This document shows, one piece after another, positions 28,388-37,865 of a DNA stretch of 64,000 bases. Within the stretch, counting starts at the first letter, position 1, and every line of letters begins with the position of its first letter. The position numbers were made by a program, and so were the translations under genes. Source of the DNA: an uncultured Defluviitaleaceae bacterium (GTDB lineage: Bacteria; Bacillota; Clostridia; Lachnospirales; WRAX01); assembly GCA_964583165.1 (NCBI GenBank), contig CAZOVK010000002.1, positions 14,015 through 78,014 of the forward strand, in the 5' to 3' direction. The notes beneath the pieces are model-generated. The model was not told the origin of the DNA. It made no database searches and saw only the letters and a program-made list of their open reading frames with translations.

Positions 28388-28508
28388 TGCGCTTTGAGTA
28401 TAAATATTGCCTTTCGAGTAGAATCATAAAAAATAATTTTGCGGCTTGAGTAGAAACCCTGCGGCTTGAGCAAACCCTATTGACTTTCGTTTTCAGCTGT
28501 TTCATACT
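28388..28508 (+). promoter_or_regulatory. Four LytTR-type direct repeats and a sigma-A promoter for the 1611-aa S-layer gene
   Basis: TGCGCTTTGAGTA (28388), TGCCTTTCGAGTA (28408), TGCGGCTTGAGTA (28440), TGCGGCTTGAGCA (28460): two pairs at 20-bp period. TTGACT (28480-28485)-17-CATACT (28503-28508). Confidence 0.75.
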
Positions 28509-28582
28509 TAGCAAAATATTGTCATTATGCAAGAGGGGTATTAATAACGTAACAAAACACAAACAGGGAGGGAAGTATTTTA

Positions 28583-31500
28583 ATGACAGAATCAAGAAAC
28601 AAACGGAACAAACTAGGTAGCAGGTTAATAAGCCTAATGACCGCGTTGGTGATGGTGTTTGCCTTGCTGCCGTTTAATGTCGTAACGGTTAAGGCAGAAG
28701 GCATCACAGTGTCCGATTGGAACGGCTTAGTAGACGCCCTTACAAGCGGAATCGAAGGTTACATAATAACTCTTAGCTCAAACATAACCGCGCCGACAGG
28801 TACAAACACTGTAACCGTTAACGAAAACTACAAGCTTGGGCTATCAAACTATTCTATAATAATACCAAGCGGCTCGAATGTAACAATTGACGGCGCTCAT
28901 ACGATAACTCGTGAAACAATCGGCACTGGCGCGTTCTTCGATGTTCAAAGCGGTGGTACGCTCACGCTCACAAACATCACACTGGACGGCGGCGCAACAG
29001 CCACGCCAACCGCCCTAACAGCCACAGACGCGCTGGTTACTGTTCAAGAAGGTGGTTCGCTTAACCTTGGCACAAGCGGCAGCACATTAGACGGCGCAAC
29101 GTTGCGGAATAACAACAACGCCGGTGGCCCTGGCGGCGTGAACAACAGCGGCACAGTTACCATGAACGGCGGCACAATAAGCGGCAACACCGCAAGCGGC
29201 ATTGGCGGCGGCGTGTACAACAGTGGCACATTTACCATGAACGGCGGTACAATAAGCGGCAACACCGCAAGCGGCAGCGGCGGCGGCGTGTTTAACAGCG
29301 ACACATTTAACATGAGCGGCGGCACAATAAGCGACAACATTGCAACGGTCGAAAAAGGTGGCGGGGTGTACAATTCTGTGCATGCCTCAATGAACATTTC
29401 CGGCGGCGCGGTTATAAAAGACAACCTTAAGGGAGGGTCAGGAAGCCAAACAAACAGCAATGTTTATCTATCCGCTACTGATTGTGACATGACTAAAGCG
29501 GGCGCGTTCACACAAGGGGCAGACATCCATGTTGACCTTTCCGACTTGACCGCAGGAGCCGATATGCTTACAAACGGCGCCACAGCCGTTGTAGACGGCG
29601 ACCAGAACTATTTCACAAGCGACACGGCAGACAAGTCTTTTGTGTTTAGCGTGGATAAACTTGTTTTGGGAGAGGGTGTCCCAACCGCCGCGATAGGCAA
29701 CTGCACCATCAGCGGCGAAACAGGCACACCGTTATCAAACCAAACAGCCACGGTAACATTAACAGGCGGCACGTTTGTCGGCACAACGTCCGGCGTTGAC
29801 GCGACAAGCTGGTTCGGCGCGGGCGTTATCCCTGACGGTGTTTCTGTTGTCTTTACAGCCACAGCGGCAAGCACAACAGGTACACTCACATTCAACGGCA
29901 CACCAACAGCCATATCAAGCGCGACTTTTGGCGCGGTGACGATACCACAGGCGCAAATAACAGACGCGACAGCGGCGGTTGTTGCCCCTGCAAATATAAG
30001 TGCGGTGTTTGCCATAACAGCCCCCGAGCCGGCAACATATATCGACACCACGGTAAGCCCTGTTGTCCTCGTGCCAAACAGCGCGTGGGATGCGGATAGC
30101 AAAACCCTTACGCTCACAGGCGTGAACATCACTGAACCCATGAAAGATGGTGTAGCCTTCTCCGCTATCAAAGTCCCTGCCGGCACAACGATTGACATGA
30201 TAGGGCTGAATACCCTTAAGTCCGCGGTGATAGATAGTGGTGTCTACAGTAACGGCACAGTCTACAGCCTGGGCGCGTTGACAATGACAGGCTCGGGTGT
30301 TCTTGATGTAAGCAATAGTAACAGTACCGGTAATGGTTATGCGATTTTGGCGAAAGGCAACCTTACTGTAAGCAGCGGCTACATTAAGGCGTATAAAACA
30401 ACGATAGGCGGCGTTTCTATTATGGTTTCCGGCGGTAGCTTCAACGTTACCGGCGGCTATATTGACACAGAAACGCCAAGCACGGTTGGGGTCACGGGTT
30501 TCGCCACGAATGGCATCAGTATTAACGGCGGTAACGTGACCATCAGCGGCGGATACGTCAAGACGGTTGGTTATGGCACGCCAAACAGCTACAACTCCGG
30601 CATTAATTGCAACAATTTGACTATAAGCGGCGGATATTTGGAAGCAGTCGGAAAGGACAGCACTAATGCCCCGTCTAATGGTGTTTCATGTACTTCATTT
30701 ACAAACTCGGGTGGCGTGGTTAAAGCCACAGGTGGCGATGGTACTAATAGCTACGGTATCAACGCAAACACATCCGCAACATTTAATGGCGGCGTAACGA
30801 TAGCCAAGAGCGGCACGGCTTCGGTCGGCACAAGCGCGGCTGTTTGGTGTGGTGACCAATCTCGCTTCACCGAAAGCAACGCAACCAAGGTGATGTATGT
30901 AAACAACAGCACCGTTACAGGCACAAGCGAGCTTATAAACGCAAGCCGTACAAATGATGGCTTGGCAATCGGCACAGGCACAACCGCCGCCAAAGACGTG
31001 GTTATCGCCAAGGTGTTCAGCAACGCTCCCATAACAAGCCTCACCAACAACATCCTCGACGGCTACTATATCGCATACGACAATTCTAGCAACGCGCCCC
31101 TTAATCTTGATGGGATAACGGAGCTAACTATCAGCGGCGGTAATTATGTAAATAACAACAACAACGGCGCTGGCGCGGTGAGAATTACTATGAGTAGCGA
31201 GACGGCAATAGCGGGTGACGGCACGCTGGTATGCCTCTCCAACTCGTCAGGGGTTGGAAACGGCATTACGCTTAATAAAGCCACAGGTTTTAACGGCAAC
31301 TTAATCGGCATAGGCAGCGCAGGTATTTACTTTTATTCCGATTTCACCGCCACAAAAAACGTTATCGGCGTGGGGCGTTACAGTTACGGCGTTACTTCCA
31401 GCGGCAAGCTTGACGTCAACTTAGGCGCAAATGTCATTGGCATATACACTCCCACAGGTGGTGCTTTATCTTGCAACGGAGTCGATGTGTCGCAAAGCTC

Positions 31501-33418
31501 AATCCTTAAAGGCAATGTAACCGCTATTGGCGGAACAGAAGCCGGTCTTAATTTTGCAGTATTCGGACAAACGCTCACAATCGACAAAGGCGCAAGCGTA
31601 ACCGTAATAGGCAGCCACGCGACAAACGGCGCACTTAACTGCAGTAACAACACGCTGGCCATCACAGGCGGCAAGGTTTGGGCGTATAACAAAGATGCAG
31701 GCGGCTCGGTTATGGCAAACACGCTGACCATCGGTTCAGGCATAACTGCCCACACCCTTGCAAGCGACGCAACTTATGGCGACACACTCACCGAAAGAAC
31801 TGGCACGGACAACACCATCTCCGAAAAGATAGCGTATATCCTCGGACAGCCCTACACTGTCACATTCGACACAAACGGTAGCAGCGGCACACCGCCAAGC
31901 CCCATAAGACAAGCGAGCGCGAGCGCGGCAGTAACCATCCCAGCCCCGTCAGAGGCTAATTGCGGCACAAGGATTGGTTATACGCTGGACACAACAGGCT
32001 GGTATGACAATGCAGACGGCACAGGCACAGCCATAATAGGCAGCTACACGCCTACGTCCGATATCACCCTCTACGCCAAATGGACGGATAATCCCACCTA
32101 CACTATCACCTTCGATGCAAACGGCGGCACAGTGAGCCCCACAAGCGGCGTAACATTCACAAATGGCACACTGTCAAGGCTACCCATACCAACGCGCACG
32201 GGCTACACCTTTGGCGGCTGGTTCAAGGAAAGCGCGTTCACTACAGCTGTCACCACATCGACGGTGTTCACAGCGGACACAACGATTTTCGCGAAGTGGA
32301 CGGAAGGCGGTGGCTCACCGCAACCCAGCGGCTCACCGGGCGGCAATGTCGTAATTACACAGACGATTCCGCAGAAGATAGAGGTTTTGACGAACGGTTC
32401 GACTGTCACAGTGAATATGAGTGCGAACCCGGCTGTGTCGAAGGACATTTTGCAAGCGGCGAAGGGCAAGGATGTAAATATTGTCCTTGATTATGGTAAG
32501 TACACATGGACAATCAATGGCAAAACCGTTACAAGCGTATCGGTTTCGTCAAATTCGTATGACTTGACGGTGGCGGAAATCAGCCATGACCCGATTTCGG
32601 TACTTGTGGGAGCAGATACACCACAAGTAATACAACTCTCGATTGCGTATAGCGGTGGCTTGCCGTTTACGGGCGTATTGTCATACCCTGTTGACGCTAG
32701 CTATAACGGTCAGACGGTGTATCTCTACTATTATAACAGCAAGCTGGGTGGGCTAACATTGTCCGATACATGCGTCGTGACTAATGGTTATGTGACTTTT
32801 AACTTCACTCACTGCTCGCGATATGTCGTGACTACACAAAACCTAGGCAAAGCGGTTGGAATCACGAATCCGTTTGAAGATGTAACGGAAAGTGATTGGT
32901 TCTATGACGCGGTAGTTAATGCCTACAACAGGGGGCTTTTCGCAGGTGTTAGTGACACAACCTTTGGCCCTAAAGTGACAATGACACGCGGTATGTTCGC
33001 GACAATTATAGCCAGACTCGATGGCGCTGACGTGACAGGTTATACAAACACGAAATTCACAGACGTTGACATGAATGCTTATTACGGCAAATCTGTAGCA
33101 TGGGCGGCCGATAAGGGGTTAATTTCGGGTTATCAAAACGGCAAGTTCGGCCCTAACGACAACATTACACGTGAACAAATGGCGGCTATCATTTACAACT
33201 ACTTGAAATACGCCAAGGTGTCGCTGCCAACGACATTGAATGTTCCGATATTCACTGACTCCAATAAGGTATCGGTATGGGCTAACGAGGCCGTGACCGT
33301 TATCACCAACAGCGGACTTATGCAGGGTTCCGACAATCGCTTCAATCCGCAAGATACGGCTTCGCGTTCCGAAGTGGCGCAGGTATTGCTTAAATATCTG
33401 AATACAACAGCCGAATAG
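28583..33418 (+). CDS. Large S-layer-anchored adhesin-like protein: signal peptide, Pmp-like GGV repeats, beta-helix passenger, 2 InlB B-repeats, pre-SLH domain, 3x SLH
   Basis: Signal peptide; GGVYNSGTFTMNGGTISGN repeats; YTVTFDTNG...WY...LYAKW; PFEDV..DWFY, MTRGMFA, ITREQMA, ASRSEVAQV. Confidence 0.9.
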   Translation: MTESRNKRNKLGSRLISLMTALVMVFALLPFNVVTVKAEGITVSDWNGLVDALTSGIEGYIITLSSNITAPTGTNTVTVNENYKLGLSNYSIIIPSGSNVTIDGAHTITRETIGTGAFFDVQSGGTLTLTNITLDGGATATPTALTATDALVTVQEGGSLNLGTSGSTLDGATLRNNNNAGGPGGVNNSGTVTMNGGTISGNTASGIGGGVYNSGTFTMNGGTISGNTASGSGGGVFNSDTFNMSGGTISDNIATVEKGGGVYNSVHASMNISGGAVIKDNLKGGSGSQTNSNVYLSATDCDMTKAGAFTQGADIHVDLSDLTAGADMLTNGATAVVDGDQNYFTSDTADKSFVFSVDKLVLGEGVPTAAIGNCTISGETGTPLSNQTATVTLTGGTFVGTTSGVDATSWFGAGVIPDGVSVVFTATAASTTGTLTFNGTPTAISSATFGAVTIPQAQITDATAAVVAPANISAVFAITAPEPATYIDTTVSPVVLVPNSAWDADSKTLTLTGVNITEPMKDGVAFSAIKVPAGTTIDMIGLNTLKSAVIDSGVYSNGTVYSLGALTMTGSGVLDVSNSNSTGNGYAILAKGNLTVSSGYIKAYKTTIGGVSIMVSGGSFNVTGGYIDTETPSTVGVTGFATNGISINGGNVTISGGYVKTVGYGTPNSYNSGINCNNLTISGGYLEAVGKDSTNAPSNGVSCTSFTNSGGVVKATGGDGTNSYGINANTSATFNGGVTIAKSGTASVGTSAAVWCGDQSRFTESNATKVMYVNNSTVTGTSELINASRTNDGLAIGTGTTAAKDVVIAKVFSNAPITSLTNNILDGYYIAYDNSSNAPLNLDGITELTISGGNYVNNNNNGAGAVRITMSSETAIAGDGTLVCLSNSSGVGNGITLNKATGFNGNLIGIGSAGIYFYSDFTATKNVIGVGRYSYGVTSSGKLDVNLGANVIGIYTPTGGALSCNGVDVSQSSILKGNVTAIGGTEAGLNFAVFGQTLTIDKGASVTVIGSHATNGALNCSNNTLAITGGKVWAYNKDAGGSVMANTLTIGSGITAHTLASDATYGDTLTERTGTDNTISEKIAYILGQPYTVTFDTNGSSGTPPSPIRQASASAAVTIPAPSEANCGTRIGYTLDTTGWYDNADGTGTAIIGSYTPTSDITLYAKWTDNPTYTITFDANGGTVSPTSGVTFTNGTLSRLPIPTRTGYTFGGWFKESAFTTAVTTSTVFTADTTIFAKWTEGGGSPQPSGSPGGNVVITQTIPQKIEVLTNGSTVTVNMSANPAVSKDILQAAKGKDVNIVLDYGKYTWTINGKTVTSVSVSSNSYDLTVAEISHDPISVLVGADTPQVIQLSIAYSGGLPFTGVLSYPVDASYNGQTVYLYYYNSKLGGLTLSDTCVVTNGYVTFNFTHCSRYVVTTQNLGKAVGITNPFEDVTESDWFYDAVVNAYNRGLFAGVSDTTFGPKVTMTRGMFATIIARLDGADVTGYTNTKFTDVDMNAYYGKSVAWAADKGLISGYQNGKFGPNDNITREQMAAIIYNYLKYAKVSLPTTLNVPIFTDSNKVSVWANEAVTVITNSGLMQGSDNRFNPQDTASRSEVAQVLLKYLNTTAE
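29132..29377 (+). repeat. Intragenic tandem repeat, 75-bp (25-aa) unit, ~3.3 copies
   Basis: GGVNNSGTVTMNGGTISGNTASGIG / GGVYNSGTFTMNGGTISGNTASGSG / GGVFNSDTFNMSGGTISDNIATVEKG / GGVYNS. Confidence 0.85.
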
Positions 33419-33439
33419 GAAGCTTAAAACTAAATATCA

Positions 33440-33474
33440 AAAAGGCGCGGCATAGTTCGTGCCTTTTTGTTTTT
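33440..33474 (+). terminator. Intrinsic terminator
   Basis: aaaaggcgcgg...tcgtgcctttttgttttt. Confidence 0.7.
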
Positions 33475-33624
33475 CAGATAATATCAAAAAACGAACCTAA
33501 ATATAGTACGGAAATAGAGCAAAAAATGTTACCAATTACACTTTTTCCATTCAGACAGCAATTGTTGTTCTATGCAAACCGTGGTATGATGTAAGAGAGA
33601 TTGAAATATTGCAAGAGCAGGTGA

Positions 33625-34455
33625 TTGGGTATGGCTTATATTTTCGCAATGAGTGATATTCACGGACATATTAAAGGACTCGAAGAAGCGCTGTCGCTCA
33701 TTGACTTGTCCTCTGATAACGTTAAGCGGCTTATTTTGTGCGGTGATTATATCGATAATGGGAATGATAGTTGTAGGGTATTATACAAAGTGAAAGAGTT
33801 GACAGAAAGCTACCCAGATAAGGTTGTTGCGCTGATGGGGAATCACGAGAAGATGTTTTTGGAGTTTGTCAACGCATCAGACAAGGATATATGGAACACC
33901 GAGTGGCTAAGTGCGGATAGTGAGTTCACTACTGTGAACAGTTTCATTTCGCAGGAAACAAAAGAAGCAATAAACACACTTTACTCACAGAGCGCAGAGC
34001 GGTATACGTTTCTGTTTCAAGCCGCAAAGCTGATAAAAAACGATATTTTAACAAACCACGCATCATTGATTAAGTGGCTTCGTAAATTGCCGTTCTATTA
34101 CGAAACAGAGGAGCAAATCTTCGTTCACGCGGGTATCGATGAGGAAGCAGAAGATTACTGGATGTACGGAACCTCGGAAGATTATTATGTCAGCAAATAC
34201 CCAGCAACATTCGGTACGTTTTATAAGGATATTATTGCGGGGCATGTAAGTACAAGCTCAATCGTGGGTAAAAGGAGTTTTCATGATGTCTACTGGGATG
34301 GGAAAAGCCATTACTACATAGACGGTAGCGTGAATGAAAGCGGCGTTGTGTTACTGCTTAGGTATGACACGGACAAGAAAGCATATTCCGAAGTAAAAAG
34401 CGTGGATGGCTCTGTCACCGAGCGCACCATTAAAAAAGGAAGGAACAGCCGTTGA
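33625..34455 (+). CDS. Calcineurin-like metallophosphoesterase (PPP-family Ser/Thr protein phosphatase-like)
   Basis: SDIHG, GDYIDNG, GNHE, HAG, GH and IDG motifs. Confidence 0.88.
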   Translation: MGMAYIFAMSDIHGHIKGLEEALSLIDLSSDNVKRLILCGDYIDNGNDSCRVLYKVKELTESYPDKVVALMGNHEKMFLEFVNASDKDIWNTEWLSADSEFTTVNSFISQETKEAINTLYSQSAERYTFLFQAAKLIKNDILTNHASLIKWLRKLPFYYETEEQIFVHAGIDEEAEDYWMYGTSEDYYVSKYPATFGTFYKDIIAGHVSTSSIVGKRSFHDVYWDGKSHYYIDGSVNESGVVLLLRYDTDKKAYSEVKSVDGSVTERTIKKGRNSR

Positions 34456-34501
34456 AGCTTTCGGCACGCGAATTTACAACAGTAATTATGCGCATAGACT
34501 C

Positions 34502-34532
34502 AGAGGGGGCGTATTGTTGCTACGCCCCCTCT
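34502..34532. terminator. Bidirectional terminator
   Basis: agagggggcgta / tacgccccctct, perfect 12-bp stem between convergent genes. Confidence 0.8.
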
Positions 34533-34541
34533 TGATAATTC

Positions 34542-34889
34542 TTACATAATAAAGCCATCAAAGATAACTGCAACTGAGATAAACGATATGCAGATTATTC
34601 CCAACACTGTTTTGTAACCAATAAGCTTAAAGTGTTTTCTAAAGCTGTCAGATACCTTAGACTGCTCGAGCTTCTTGCCCTTTACCATAAACATTCCGGC
34701 TAGCAAGAATATACCGAGGGCGGCCAACAATAAAAGCCCGTCTTTGCCGATTTCAAAACCATTTTGAACAGAGAAGTTTCCAAACAGAAAGCCACACAAG
34801 AACAATATTGCGGCTAATATTATTGAAACAATAAGACTAATAGCCAACATCTTTAAAACATCCCTAAGAAGCATCACGGCTTTGCTCAT
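34542..34889 (-). CDS. Hypothetical membrane protein, last gene of the opp operon
   Basis: Three TM segments; ATGA overlap with the oppF stop. Confidence 0.7.
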   Translation of the reverse strand: MSKAVMLLRDVLKMLAISLIVSIILAAILFLCGFLFGNFSVQNGFEIGKDGLLLLAALGIFLLAGMFMVKGKKLEQSKVSDSFRKHFKLIGYKTVLGIICISFISVAVIFDGFIM

Positions 34890-35869
34890 TTGGCTCTGCT
34901 TTCGCAATAGTGGCAGGCCACCAAGTGGTTGCCGCCGGCGTCTTTAAGCTCGGGCATTTCTGCCTCGCAAATCGGCATCGCAAACTTACATCTCCCGCGG
35001 AATTTGCAGCCCGGTTTTGTGTTAATCGGGCTCGGCACCTCGCCCTCTAGCTTAATCTTGCTCTTTTCTCTCTCTTCCTCAACCTCTGGGTCAGGAATAG
35101 GTATTGCCGACAAAAGCGCTTGGGTGTAAGGATGCATCGGGTTTGCATAAAGCTCGCTGGAGCTTGTAAGCTCGACAAGGGTTCCTAAATAAAGCACGGC
35201 AACACGGTCAGAAATAAGCTTAACCATAGAGAGGTCATGAGCGATAAACAGATACGTCAGCTTCATCTTCTTCTGCAGTTCAACCAGCAGGTTTACAATC
35301 TGAGCTTGAATAGACACGTCAAGCGCTGAAATAGGCTCGTCTAATATCATAAACTCGGGGTTTACAACGAGAGCGCGCGCTATGCCGATTCTCTGTCTTT
35401 GACCGCCAGAAAATTCATGAACAAATCTACTTGCGTGTTCACTGTTAAGCCCGACTAAATTGAGATGATGAAATATCATTTCTTGGCGCTGGGCCTTGCT
35501 CTTCGCTAGGCGGTGAATGTCTATACCCTCGCCGACTATATCAGCAACCGTCATACGCGGGTCTAATGAGCCGTAAGGGTCTTGAAACACCATTTGGGCT
35601 TTTTTCTTGAAGTCAAAGCGTTCTTTGCCGGTCAGAGAATGGACATCGCTACCGTTATAGAGCACTTGCCCATCGGTTTTTGAGTAAAGACCTATACAGG
35701 TTCTTCCGCATGTCGTCTTACCACAGCCGGACTCGCCCACCATGCCCAATGTTTCACCTCTGTAAATATCAAAGGAAACATTGTCAACCGCTTTCAAAAT
35801 CTGATTCTTGCCGACTGTGAAATACTTCTTTAGATTCCTAACGGAAAGAGCTACTTCTTTGGTTTCCAT
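34886..35869 (-). CDS. oppF: Oligopeptide ABC transporter ATP-binding protein
   Basis: GESGCGKTT, FSGGQRQRIGIARAL, LDEPISALDVSIQAQ, C-terminal GCKFRGRC. Confidence 0.92.
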   Translation of the reverse strand: METKEVALSVRNLKKYFTVGKNQILKAVDNVSFDIYRGETLGMVGESGCGKTTCGRTCIGLYSKTDGQVLYNGSDVHSLTGKERFDFKKKAQMVFQDPYGSLDPRMTVADIVGEGIDIHRLAKSKAQRQEMIFHHLNLVGLNSEHASRFVHEFSGGQRQRIGIARALVVNPEFMILDEPISALDVSIQAQIVNLLVELQKKMKLTYLFIAHDLSMVKLISDRVAVLYLGTLVELTSSSELYANPMHPYTQALLSAIPIPDPEVEEEREKSKIKLEGEVPSPINTKPGCKFRGRCKFAMPICEAEMPELKDAGGNHLVACHYCESRAK

Positions 35870-35870
35870 A

Positions 35871-36896
35871 TTAGTTCCCCTTCCTTAGCTCAGGCATATG
35901 CACTTTCGGCGCCATCTCGTGATGAAGCCAACAAGCTCCAAGGTGACCGTTGCCAAAATCAGTCATTTCAGGCATTTCCTCAATGCAAATCGGCATACAG
36001 TATTCACATCTTGTGCTAAAGGGGCAACCAATCGGAGGGGAAAGCAAATCCGGAGGGGTTCCCGGTATTGACATCAGCGTTTGTTTGTTCATAAGGTCAA
36101 GTCTTGGTACCGATTGGATTAACGCCCATGTATACGGATGTTTAGGACGATAAAAAATGTCTTTTGACATGCCGCTTTCGACTATCATGCCGCAGTACAT
36201 AACAGCGATCCTATTTGCCACATTAGCTACAACGCCAAGGTCATGCGTTATCATAATAACCGAAACCTTACGGTTCTTCTGCAAGCCTTTAATAATATCC
36301 AGAATCTGTCCTTGAATAGTAACATCAAGCGCAGTCGTCGGCTCATCGCAAATAAGCACGTTAGGGTCGCAGGCAAAGGCAATCGCAATCATGACCCTTT
36401 GGCGCATACCACCTGAAAACTCATGTGGATACTGCCTTACTCTTTTTTCTGGTTCAGGTATACCGACTAATCGTAACATCTCAACCGCTTCTTTTAATGC
36501 GGCCGCCTTTGTCATCTGCTTATGTACAATGAGATTCTCGGCGATTTGATGCCCAACGCGCATAGTCGGGTTTAAGGCTGCCAGTGCGTCTTGAAAAATT
36601 ATCGCGCATTCGCCACCTTTGTATTTTCTCCATTGATTTACACTATAGTTCAGAATGTTTGTTCCGTCGTAAACTATTTCGCTGTCTGCTTTTACCTCTC
36701 CCTGTGGTTTCTTAATAAGACCCATAATAGCCTTGGCAGTAACCGACTTTCCGCAGCCAGATTCACCTACTATTGCAAGAGCCTCCCCTTTGTCGAGATA
36801 AAAGGATACTCCACGAACCGCCTTTATTTCACCGGCATAAGTATGATAAGAAACCCTAAGGTTTTTGACTTCCAAAATGTGCTTGTCATTACTCAT
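35871..36896 (-). CDS. oppD: Oligopeptide ABC transporter ATP-binding protein
   Basis: GESGCGKSVT, YPHEFSGGMRQRVMIA, DEPTTALDVT, GCPFSTRC. Confidence 0.92.
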   Translation of the reverse strand: MSNDKHILEVKNLRVSYHTYAGEIKAVRGVSFYLDKGEALAIVGESGCGKSVTAKAIMGLIKKPQGEVKADSEIVYDGTNILNYSVNQWRKYKGGECAIIFQDALAALNPTMRVGHQIAENLIVHKQMTKAAALKEAVEMLRLVGIPEPEKRVRQYPHEFSGGMRQRVMIAIAFACDPNVLICDEPTTALDVTIQGQILDIIKGLQKNRKVSVIMITHDLGVVANVANRIAVMYCGMIVESGMSKDIFYRPKHPYTWALIQSVPRLDLMNKQTLMSIPGTPPDLLSPPIGCPFSTRCEYCMPICIEEMPEMTDFGNGHLGACWLHHEMAPKVHMPELRKGN

Positions 36897-36931
36897 AGTA
36901 TAAGCCTCTCCCCTTTATTTTGAGTTTCTTA

Positions 36932-37849
36932 TTACTGGCGAAGTTTCGGGTCAAGCGCGTTGCGCAGTCCATCGCCCAGCAGATTGAATGCTAAAACTAT
37001 AATACAGAGAAGCGCACATGGGTAAAACAGCTGATGCGGATAAAAGTCCATAGTTTGCTGACCCATTGAGATTAAAACCCCAAGGCTGATGTCAGGCGAC
37101 CTAAGACCGATACCGAGAAAGCTAAGACCTGCCTCCGTGAATATAAAGCCCGGAATAGCGGTCGATGCGTCAAGCAATAAAATACCCAGCATATTCGGTA
37201 TGTAGTGTTTCAGAATTATTCTAAGCGGTTTAGCGCCAAGGACTTCCGCCGCGAAAATATACTCCGATTGTTTAAGCTGCTTTATCATACCGCGTACCTG
37301 TCTTGCTGTACCGCACCATGCGGTAATACTAAGCGCTACCAGCAGAGAAAACAGCGAGTTGCCAAGCACCATCATAATTAAGATGGTAATAAGCAACGAG
37401 GGAACAGAGTTCATAACCTCTATCACACGCATAAGCACTTCATCAACCCAGCCGCCGAAATGCGCCATAACTGCGCCATAAATCGTTCCGAACATAAGTT
37501 TAAGAGTGGTTGCGACAAGCGCAATAATTATCGACGCTCGCGCGCCGGCCCATATTCTCGAAAATAAATCTCTGCCCAACCCATCTGTACCAAACCAGAA
37601 CTCTGCCGAAGAGGGTTGATTTTTAAGCGATACATTCATTTTAACATAATCATAGCCGCGAAGATTAGGCCCGATAATTACCATAACAAAAACTATGCAA
37701 AGTACAACTATCGAAGCCATGGCTATCGGGTTTTTTCTGAGGCGTCGCCAAGCGTCCTGCCAAAATGAAATGGCTTGACGATAGATTTTATTGAGGTCTT
37801 CGCTTTTATATCCGATTATTTGAAATTTCTCTTGACTGTATTCTTTCAT
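36932..37849 (-). CDS. oppC: Oligopeptide ABC transporter permease
   Basis: FWQDAWRRLRKN, WFGTDGLGRDLFSR, EAGLSFLGIG. Confidence 0.92.
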   Translation of the reverse strand: MKEYSQEKFQIIGYKSEDLNKIYRQAISFWQDAWRRLRKNPIAMASIVVLCIVFVMVIIGPNLRGYDYVKMNVSLKNQPSSAEFWFGTDGLGRDLFSRIWAGARASIIIALVATTLKLMFGTIYGAVMAHFGGWVDEVLMRVIEVMNSVPSLLITILIMMVLGNSLFSLLVALSITAWCGTARQVRGMIKQLKQSEYIFAAEVLGAKPLRIILKHYIPNMLGILLLDASTAIPGFIFTEAGLSFLGIGLRSPDISLGVLISMGQQTMDFYPHQLFYPCALLCIIVLAFNLLGDGLRNALDPKLRQ

Positions 37850-37865
37850 GTTCTTGCCCCCTCCC

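Noticed and set aside
29132-29377. Regularly spaced repeats considered as a CRISPR array
   Set aside because: The repeats are in-frame coding units with no unique spacers, and there are no cas genes.
29044-32490. Many 60-200 aa ORFs antisense to or overlapping the 1611-aa gene, and similar ones over other long genes
   Set aside because: They are shadow ORFs of biased or repetitive coding sequence, with no RBS or recognisable motifs.
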